From: Paramecium tetraurelia | Taxonomy: Eukaryota | Direction of reading: 5' to 3' | DNA length: 20,000 nt | NCBI GenBank assembly: GCA_000165425.1 | Contig: CT868441.1 | Coordinates: 443,380-463,379, forward strand | Shown here: piece by piece, positions 10,601 through 20,000 of the stretch | Layout of the letters: every line of letters starts with the position of its first letter | Numbering within the stretch: the stretch's first letter is position 1 | Position numbers and translations under genes: made by a program | The notes under the pieces: generated by a model | Databases searched by the model: none | What the model was told of the DNA's origin: nothing | Seen by the model: the letters and a program-made list of their open reading frames with translations, nothing else

Positions 10601-13600
10601 ATTGTGCATTTGTTACTGGATTAACAGGTTTGGATCACACTAAGTGTTAACTATATCACACTTCTTGCACAGCCTTAAAAGATGGCACTGGATGTTAGGA
10701 ATATAAGACAACTTGTTCTGGCTATGCAGCAACAAACAATTGTGCTACTTCTGGATAGGGTAAATGCTACTTTGATGGTACAGATTGCCTACGTTTTACT
10801 AATTGTGCTTCAGTTACTGGAACAGGATTAACAACTACTATTTGTGCAACTTATGATGCAGGTTGTATAGCAAATGTAGATGGAACAGCTTGTTAGGAAA
10901 AGTTAGCAACTTGCGATCTATATTTAACTCAGAAGTCTTGTTCTACTTCAGCAGCTGCAGCAACAGCAGATAAATGCGCTTGGAGCGGAACTGCTTGTCT
11001 TGCAATAGTAACAGCAAATATTGCTACTCACTGTGCTTATGTTACTGGAACTGGACTAACAGATGCAATATGTGCTGCTTATAATGTAGATTGTACAGCT
11101 AATAGAGCTGGAACAGCATGTCAAGAATAAAAGGCTACTTGTGACTTATACACAACAGAAGCTACATGTTCTACTTCAGCAGCTGCAGCAACAGCAGATA
11201 AATGCGCATGGAGTGGTACAGCATGCCTAGCAGTCACAACTGTTGCTACACATTGTGCATATGTTAAAGGAACTGGATTGACAGATACTACATGTGCTGC
11301 TTATAATGCAGATTGTACAGCTAATCGAGCTGGAACTGAATGTCAAGAATAAAAGGCTACTTGTGATTTATACACAACAGAAGCTACATGCTCAACATCA
11401 AAAGCTGCAGCAACAGCAGATAAATGCGCATGGAGTGGTACAGCATGCCTAGCAATAGAAACAGCAAATATTGCTACTCACTGTGCATATGTTAAAGGAA
11501 CTGGATTGACAGATGCTACATGTGCTGCTTATAATGTAGATTGTACAGCTAATCGAGCTGGAACTGAATGTCAAGAATAAAAGGCTACTTGTGACTTATA
11601 CACAACAGAAGCTACATGTTCTACTTCAGCAGCTGCAGCAACAGCAGATAAATGCGCATGGAGTGGTACAGCATGCCTAGCAGTCACAACTGTTGCTACA
11701 CATTGTGCATATGTTAAAGGAACTGGATTGACAGATACTACATGTGCTGCTTATAATGCAGATTGTACAGCTAATCGAGCTGGAACTGAATGTCAAGAAT
11801 AAAAGGCTACTTGTGACTTATACACAACAGAAGCTACATGCTCAACATCAAAAGCTGCAGCAACAGCAGATAAATGCGCATGGAGTGGTACAGCATGCCT
11901 AGCAGTCACAACTGTTGCTACACATTGTGCATATGTTACTGGAACTGGATTGGTAGCTGCAACATGTGCTGCATATAATGTAGGTTGTATTAATTTAAAA
12001 GATGGTACCGGCTGTTAGGAAGCCAAAGCTGGTTGCAAAGATTACTCCACATAAAACAAATGCTCTGCATAATCAACTGGTTCCCTTTCATGTATTTGGG
12101 TTGATAGCTCTTGTTATACACTTGGTGAAAAAAATTGTAGTTCTATAACAGGAACTGGACTTGATCATGCTCAATGTTAATCTTACAGCGCAGGTTGTAC
12201 ATCTATTACTGATGGAACAAAATGTTAAGACTTAAAATCATCTTGCGAATAATATGCAGGTACAACCGCAAGTTGCACAAAAACTGCTACCTCAAAATGT
12301 TATTTATAGGGCTCTACTTGCATCACAATTTCAAATGTTGCCACTGATTGTGCTAAAATAACAGGAGGTGCTGGAACTGTAACATATGACATTTGCTAAT
12401 CTTATAATACAGGATGCAGTGCAAATAGAGCAAGAAGTGCTTGTGTCTAACAATAAGCTCAGTGTTCAGGATACACTGTTCTTACTAGTTGTTATAAATC
12501 AGGGGCTGGTTTGTGTATTGCAAGTACAAATACCGACACTGCTTGTGTTGCAGCATCATCTGCAACAACTTGCGATGCTGTTTATTTAGGTACAGGAAAT
12601 TACAGCAATGCAAATTGTGTTGAAATGAAAGCTGGATGTACAAATAATGGAACTACTGCATGCGTAGCAAAATCTTGTGCAAATGCTGCCGGAATCACAT
12701 TTAATCATGCCAATTGTAATTCATATCTCAATACCTGTACTGTAAATTCTGGAGGTACTGCATGCTAAACTATGATACCTAAATGTGCTGATTAAACTTC
12801 AACTGCTTGTCTTTACTCTGTTGAAGGGGAATGTGTAGTAATAGGAACATCATGCGTACGAAAGACTTGTGATACTGCAGCAATTGATGCTACTCGGGAT
12901 GATGACTCTGAATGTTCAACTTACTAATAATCATGTACTGTTGCTAGATTAGGAGCTTGCCAAGCCAGAGCTGCTTGTGGTACTTACAAGTCATCGCTCT
13001 AATGTAAGTTCAATACCAGTGGTGGAAAATGCTTTTGGAATCCAACAAATAAGACATGTGTTGATTTGAATTGTGGTAATATTGAAACCTCAACCTCATT
13101 CGATACTCATAATGAATGTGTTGCTGTTGATTCAACACTTGCTTGCACAGTCAGAGCTACAAATGGTGCAGCTGTTTAAGGTTGTATGGCCAGAGGAGCG
13201 TGCGCTTCATATACCATTGAAGAACAATGTAAAACAAATGCAAGTAATGGTATTTGCGTTTGGAATACAAATGCTAATTTACCTGCACCTGCTTGCCAAG
13301 ATAAATCTTGTACTAGTGCTCCAACTTCCACTACAACCCATAATGATTGCTATGCCTACTATAATACAGCAACAGTAAAATGTACTGTTGTTGCTACTCC
13401 AAGCAATAGTGGTGGTAATCCAACTTTAGGAGGATGTTAATAGACAGCTGCTTGTTCAAGTTATATTGATAAGGAATAGTGCTAAATAAATGCCAATGGA
13501 GATCCATGTGGATGGAACGGTACTTAATGCGCTGACAAAGCATGCTCTACTGCTCCTGCAACAACAGATTATGATGATGATACCAAATGTAGAGCCTACC

Positions 13601-15768
13601 TATCTAATAAATGCACAGTCTCAGATATTGGATTAGGTTGTGTAGAGATTCCCGCAACTTGCGAAACAATGACATAGAAGCAATGTTATTCTAATAAAGC
13701 TGGAGATCCATGCTATTGGACAGGAACAACTTGTATTACAAAATCATGTGACAATGCTCCAGACGCAACAGCTACAGCAGATGAATGCAATACTTATTTG
13801 GCTGGATGTACTTTAGATAATGTTAAATGCAAGACAAAAGTTTGCGAAGATTTTGCCTTCGCCACAGATGCTTTATGTAAACAAGCTATTTCTACATGCA
13901 CAACAAATGGAACAAATTGTGTTACAAGAGGAACATGCTTCTAAGCCTTAAGTCAAGCTGGATGCGTTTCATCCACAACAGGTTAATAATGTGAATGGAT
14001 ACCAGCTGTTTTGAATGCATCAAATGTAGTAACTACTCCTGCTTATTGTACCATTAAAAATTGTAGTACTGCTCCAATCACTTTAACAAGTGAAGCTGCC
14101 TGCGCTGGATACTTTACAAATTGTACAACTAAAAATGGCGGAGGATGTGTTACTAAATCAACTTGCGCAGCAGTCACTATTGATGTTGCTTGTACAACTG
14201 CTTTGAATGGTACTATATGTGCTTGGGACAGTGCATAAAATAAATGCAGAGATAAAGATTGCTAAGATTTCAGTGGAACTACTCATGCTGCATGTTAAGC
14301 CTAAAGAGCTGGATGCACAGCTGGAGCTAGTGGAAAATGCGCTAGGGTATAAAATTGTGAACAAACCTAAGTAAGATCAGCTTGCATTGAAGGAACAAAT
14401 GGACCATGTTTATGGATTGATAAATATGTTAACACTGATGGAAGTAAAGGAGCTTGTTTCAGATACACATCATGCAAAAGTTTAGCTTGGAATAGCGATA
14501 CTTCATGCAAGTGGATAAGTAATAAATGCACAACTAATGGCTCAAATTGTGTTGGAATTACTTTGTGCTCAGAAACTAACACTGATGGAGGTTGTGTCAC
14601 TGGATATGATGGAGCTTGTATTCAATCAGTTCCAGCTTTGAACTCTTCAGATCCAAAAGTTTGCAAACCATATATATCTTGTGCTGATGCTTTCTACACA
14701 ACTCATTCAGATTGTTAAATTGCTAGCAGTAAATGTACAACAAATGGAACAACAGGATGTATTGCTTTAGGATCTTGTTCATCATATACTGCATAGGCTG
14801 GATGTTACTTCAATGATAAGGGAGCTCAATATTCATCTGGAGCTATTGTATCAACTGGAGTTTGTACTTGGGATACCATATCAAGTAGTTGCAGAGATTA
14901 ATCATGTGCTGACTTAACTGGTACAACCCATGCAACATGTTCATCATAATTATCAACCTGCACATCAGATGGAACTACATGTTTACTCAAAGGAGTCTGT
15001 ACATCATACACCACTTAAATTGCTTGCACAACAGCTGTTGGATCTGATGGATCATGTTATTGGGAATTAGCATCTGCTACAAATAACAATACTGCCAAAT
15101 GTAGATTACTTACTTGTGCTGATATTCAAAATGGAACAGCAACCAACGTTTGCTCTGTAGCCTTGTCAACTTGTGTTTCAAATGGAACTGCTTGCATTCC
15201 AAAAGCCAATTGCTCAACCTACACATCTAAGACAGCCTGCAACTCAGGAGGTTTAGATGGTATTTGTGTATTCACTTAATCAACTGCAACTGGAGCTGCT
15301 GCTGGTACTGGAACTTGTGCATTAATGACAGCATGTACAATTGCAAATAATGATTAAACAGCTTGCTAGGCTGCCAGAGATAGATGCGCTTGGACTGCTG
15401 CTTCAGGAACTGGAACTACTGCAGTTGCTAGTAAATGTGCCACTCATACTTGTGCTACAAATTAAGCTACCAATGGAGCTTGCACAAGATTCTTGAATTG
15501 GGATAAAAAAACCTAATAAATTTGTACCCTAGTAAGTGGAGCATGCACAGCAACAGATCCATCAACATTGTCAACTAACGATTGCTTCTTGGTTTCTGGA
15601 TATACATATACTTGGAATGCTTCAACAAGCAAATGTGGAGTTTGCACAGCAGTTGTAGTCTAACCAAATAATTCAAACAATGATACTAACAATACAGACA
15701 ACAATACAACAACAGACTCAGGATACATACTTGGTTTATCTGTCGTCTTAGGATATCTCATGTTCTGA
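7603..15768 (+). CDS. G: G-type variant surface antigen (immobilization antigen), 2721 aa, GPI-anchored, intronless; most likely P. tetraurelia 51G
   Basis: ATG 7603 and TGA 15766-15768 are in the same frame (8166 nt). Signal peptide MNKFIILSLFLALVASQTYS; Cys/Thr/Ala-rich periodic body (CxW, GGGCV, CANAP); five central near-identical 74/76-aa repeats; Asn/Thr linker and hydrophobic tail DSGYILGLSVVLGYLMF. TA dinucleotides fall exactly at gene positions -11, 1413, 1832, 2832, 4404 and 6447. Confidence 0.95.
10882..11982 (+). repeat. Central coding tandem repeat array of the G antigen: five units spaced 228/222/228/222 bp
   Basis: The motif CSTS(A/K)AAATADKCAWSGTACLA starts at 10939, 11167, 11389, 11617 and 11839. 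Array ends fade into more divergent periods. Confidence 0.95.
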
Positions 15769-15899
15769 GGAGAATGATTTTTAAAATATATATAGGGAAA
15801 AATATAATAAATATACAAAATAAATCATCTTTCTAATTCATTTTACTTATCTTAGAATATTTATTTATTGTGATATATACACAAATACTACTATCTTAA

Positions 15900-17004
15900 G
15901 TATTGAAAATTACAACAAGTTTTGTGTAGAGAATAAGCATCAAAATTTGTGAGTTAATTATACCTCGTGAATTTGAGTTTGATGAATAACTATGGAAAAT
16001 GATAGTAGTGTAAATAAACTATTGAATAATCATTAAAATTTCATTCTTTATAGACTACTTACATGTTGATAAGTAAATGCATTTTTTAGAAAATAGACCA
16101 CTAAATTTAAATTCAGATATCGACCAAAAGAATGATGAACAATAGCAACTCCTTCTTGTAAAATTAATGTAATCAGAAATTTTTTCTTCAATTATTGACT
16201 GTTAAGATATTCAATTTGGCTTGTTATTTGTAAGCTAATTAATAACTTATCTTTCAACCATTAAAAATAATAAAAATGATATAAATGATGTGATTTATTA
16301 GATATAAAAAATAAAATAAAGTATCAAATTGATGAATATCCTACTGATGATAACTTTTAGCACGAAGATTTTGCATAAAATAAAAAATTATATGGATAAA
16401 TAGAGATGAAAAATTTATTCTATCAATCAAATGATTATTTAAAAGATATTAATATGGTAATTATATTATTTTTATGTAGAAGTATTGTTTGAATCCATAT
16501 TCATCAAGATTGTTTTGAGACGCTGAGATGAAAAATATTGATATCGGCAAAATGAAACAGTAACTATATAGCACTATAAGAATGATTGATTTCATTAGTA
16601 AAATAGCTCCTTATTTGAATATATATTGCAAAGAATATACCAAAAACCCTCAATTTCTTAAGGCTATATTAACAAAATTTTCAAATTGAAAATAAACTTT
16701 AGCAGCTAAAGATCCCATTTACCTCAATAGACTTTCAAATATACAACAAACTCTAGCACCGCTACTCCTAATTCCTATTTAAAAAAATGTTTAAGTGGAG
16801 TTTTAGTTAGCAAACTAAAAATTAGGACGGCTTCCTGGTAGTGAAACTTCTATGAAGAATAAGTTGTTATTTAGAACCTAGGGTGGTTGATCAGTTCCAC
16901 TGATCTTAAAATATTAGAAAAAAAAGATGAAAAATTATAATGATTGTGAAAGAAATTAAAAAATACTGATAAATTAAATTCATAAAGTGCATGAATTTTT
17001 TTGA
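15900..17004 (+). pseudogene. Decayed subtelomeric protein-coding gene of unknown family
   Basis: Protein-like frame (ICELIIPREFEFDEQLWKM...; YQIDEYPTDDNFQHEDF...; RMIDFISKIAPYLNIYCKEY...) with a 23-nt GTA...TAG intron at 16457-16479 that preserves frame. It has a frameshift near 16310-16320 and in-frame TGAs at ~16023, 16516, 16687 and 16888. No clear start codon. Confidence 0.5.
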
Positions 17005-17074
17005 ATAAAAGATAAATTAAAAATTTAGAAATATCTTTTATTTTAAGAATGTTGAATCATTCCCTATATAAGGT

Positions 17075-18500
17075 AAGATTTATCATAACTACCAGAGAGA
17101 ACCAAACTGATCGGAAATATTCGATATGACCATCTCGTTTGTCTTTATTATCCTATTTTAAGATCCCATATACAGATAGATTTGTCATAGCTACCAGATG
17201 CCAATGTAGAACCATCAGGAGGAAAGCAGACTGAATTGACATATGATCATCTAATTTGGCTTTTTATTATGTTGCCTTAGCTTCCAAAAACAAATTGAGC
17301 TATCCTAGCTCCCGAATGTAGATGTGGTGCCATCAGGAGAGAACAAAACTGAAAATTTCACTAATAAAGACCAATTAATTTGAATTTTTATATTCCTATC
17401 TTAACATCCCATAAAAGAATCGAATTATCTCTATTGCCAGATGCTAATGTGGCACCAGGAGAAAAGCATATTGAATTTATACAACTATTATGACTAACTA
17501 ATTTTGCTTATTTTTTCTCGGTTTTAATATTCCATTAATTTATATAAATTAATAACTATTAGATGTATTTAATGTGTTTTAATTCTTAATATTTTAAGAA
17601 TTTTTATTTGTCAAATCAACCTCCATTTCAACCAATAAGTTGAAAGAATTGGATCCAAATTAGATAAATCTCTTATATAAAGATGTTAGACATATTAAGA
17701 GTTTGTTAGACATATAAAGAGTTTTAATGATCAGATAATCTGATTTTCTTTTGATATATTTTTAATTAAAAGTACTCTATTTTCTACACAGAAGAATAAT
17801 TCTTTCTACTAAAGTCATGATTAATAATTATTTTGAAAATAATGGTTATTAGTATTTATTTGAGCCTCTTTGGTTTTCATTCATAGATTGAAATCGAAAT
17901 TGTTCTCCATTTTGAAAATTCAAAGCACTGAAAATTTATTCATCAAATCCTCTTTATAGAACAACAACCTCATACAACTCTTCTTGCCACTCATTGTCGC
18001 GAAGCATATTTTTTATAAATAATATCAAAGTTTATAATTCTTGTTTGCGAATCTTCTACAAAAATCAGATGATATATTTATTAGAATAAAAAAACAGAAT
18101 GTTATAAGACTTGAAATTTATTGTAATTGAGATAAAATTGGATTATAAAAAATCATACCTTCCTTTTGGCATAGCTTTATTCTTAAGATTACAATAAAGA
18201 TTATTTTTTAATCTACCCTCTTGATATCAAAATTTTAAGGAAATCTTATACATTTATTATGGCACTTAGAGGAGTTTGTATTAGATTTACATTTACCATA
18301 ATAATTTTCAACTTATAATTTCATAATTAACATCCTAAATTATTTCAGGTTCAAAGTTATCAGGATTTTTTTTACTTTCCAAAATTCTTTATCACTTTGT
18401 GTTCTAATCTTCAAATTTTCTCAACAAAGTATCTTCACATATTTCATTCACAACTTCAAATATCAACCGATTGTATGCAAGCTTACATTATCAAAAATAT
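17075..18500 (-). pseudogene. Remnant of a Paramecium pentapeptide/WD40-repeat family gene; about 4 degenerate WD40 repeats at 17075-17540
   Basis: Minus strand reads WNIKTEKKQAKLVSHNSCINSICFSPGATLASGNRDNSILLWDVKIG and [32 protein letters not shown], with stops, frameshifts and deletions between repeats. Upstream FIQFGSNSFNLLVEMEVDLTNKN (~17605-17670) resembles the segment that precedes pentapeptide repeats in this family. Extent beyond ~17700 is uncertain. Confidence 0.75.
17684..17723 (+). repeat. 20-bp tandem duplication (19/20 identical)
   Basis: TGTTAGACATATTAAGAGTT followed by TGTTAGACATATAAAGAGTT. Confidence 0.85.
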
Positions 18501-19859
18501 TTTCTTTTCTATTTAAAAATGTAAATCTATTTAAGGATAGAATATAGTTCATTGTTTCATAACATTGATATGAATATTTTTACAATAATATTTTATCAAT
18601 TCATTGATGCTCAAGTAAATTATAAATTAGATTAGAATACGCACTAGAAAAGTCAAAATTTATTGAAACTTAATCGTTAAATCATTTGTGAAAATAGTAT
18701 TTCAACTCATTGATTATATAAAATAAATTTAATACATATATATAAAAATCTATTATATCAACATATCAATTCAGAGAAATACTAAAAATTGTATTTAATT
18801 ATATGAAATATATTAGTCAATTCAATAATAGTATTTTATTTACTTATTGTATAAATAATACTGATGAAAAGAAGAATAACGAAAAAACAATATTTTCATA
18901 CTATTTCAAGAGAAAATGATGATCAAAATTTGATTTCAATATACATTTATAAAAATAATTTATGAAAAGAAATAAATTCTTTTCACCAAAACAATAGTTA
19001 TTTTCTATTTTTTATGTATGGTTCTAAAATTACAGTATTTTTACACAGACAACCTTTCATTTGGAGTCAATTGAATCTATTTTAGTTATGAGAATGTTAT
19101 TTCTTTTCACATTTTATCTGAATAAATAAATATTGAAAATTAAAATTTTTTGATTTCATTTTTTCTTGAAATAGTCTGAAAATATTTTATTTTCATTATT
19201 TTTCTTTTCATCAGAATAATATTATTTATATTTTGGCAACTGAGATTAGCTTATATCATTTTCATCAATTCAAATTAAGGTGAATGAAAGATTTCTATAT
19301 AACCCTAATATTGATGTAATAAAATTTTCGTTAATTCTATTGGAGCTTATGAGTTACAATATACACTCCTCGTACAAATTAAATTTAGTTTATGATGAAA
19401 ATATGATTTCCAACATACAATCGTAGATAGATTTGTATTACATTTAAGGATTCTACTTAATACTTTAATATTTAACTTTAATTATCATTCTATTTATCTT
19501 TTTAATACCTTTTTTTTACACTAAATTAACTATAATTGTATTACTCAACTTTATGGCCACTCATGACTAAACATTTCAAACTCTAGACGCTCTTCTTTTG
19601 ATTCTACATATCTTTTTTATTATTAAGAGTTATTTCCATAAGTGCTTATCTATACTAATATTTTTTTCAGACATCTGAGTATATGAATTACAATTCACAA
19701 ATTATAGCAAAACTTTATCATATGAAATTTCTGCTATACGAAGCATCAACCGTCTTTTATTCAATTATTACAACTTGATTATATTTATATTTTTCATAAC
19801 AGTCCTAACGGTTTATTAAACTGATGAAATTATTATTATTATTTTAACACAAATAATTA

Positions 19860-20000
19860 GGGTTTGGGGTTGGGTTTTGGGTTTGGGTTTTGGGTCTGGG
19901 TTTTGGGTTTGGGTTTGGGTTCGGGTTTTGGGTTTGGGTTTTGCGTTTGAAATAGGGTTGGGGGCTGGGGTTGGGTTCGGGTTTGGGGTTGGAATTGGGG
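19860..20000 (+). repeat. Macronuclear telomere: mixed G3T3/G4T2 repeats with G3T4 and noisy variants
   Basis: Abrupt change from AT-rich DNA (...AATAATTA) to GGGTTTGGGGTTGGGTTTTGGG..., with the G-rich strand running to the window end. The G3T3/G4T2 mix is the established Paramecium pattern. Confidence 0.97.

Noticed and set aside
10939..11982. CRISPR-like or mobile-element reading of the repeats
   Set aside because: Units are contiguous, in-frame coding repeats without unique spacers, terminal repeats or a transposase, in eukaryotic DNA.
7765..14600. Many short track ORFs on both strands within the antigen gene
   Set aside because: Artefacts of treating TAA/TAG as stops and allowing alternative starts. 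In-frame ones are pieces of the single 2721-aa CDS; the rest are off-frame or antisense.
18500..19859. Possible gene, transposon end or chromosome-breakage motif next to the telomere, including AACCCTAA at 19301
   Set aside because: No sustained frame, inverted repeat or recognisable motif seen by eye. The short telomere-like word is expected by chance, and Paramecium has no established Tetrahymena-type Cbs.

Overview
Telomere-proximal end of a Paramecium macronuclear (somatic) chromosome, read with the ciliate code (TAA/TAG = Gln, TGA = only stop), so the supplied ORF track is fragmented. Left to right: DPH2 (+), a heavily frame-disrupted hybrid histidine-kinase-like gene (-), a multi-pass membrane RING-H2 E3 ligase (+), VPS25 (+), a ~2.1 kb AT-rich spacer, an intronless 8166-nt (2721-aa) G-type surface antigen gene, two decayed subtelomeric genes (one with WD40 repeats), and telomeric repeats from 19860. 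The antigen is almost certainly P. tetraurelia 51G: all six IES positions I recall for that gene fall exactly on a TA here. The locus is largely known biology and I found no convincing new system. The points most worth checking are the mosaic 228/222-bp central repeat array, the indel-riddled kinase gene between intact neighbours, the TGA-interrupted subtelomeric frame and the telomere repeat variants.
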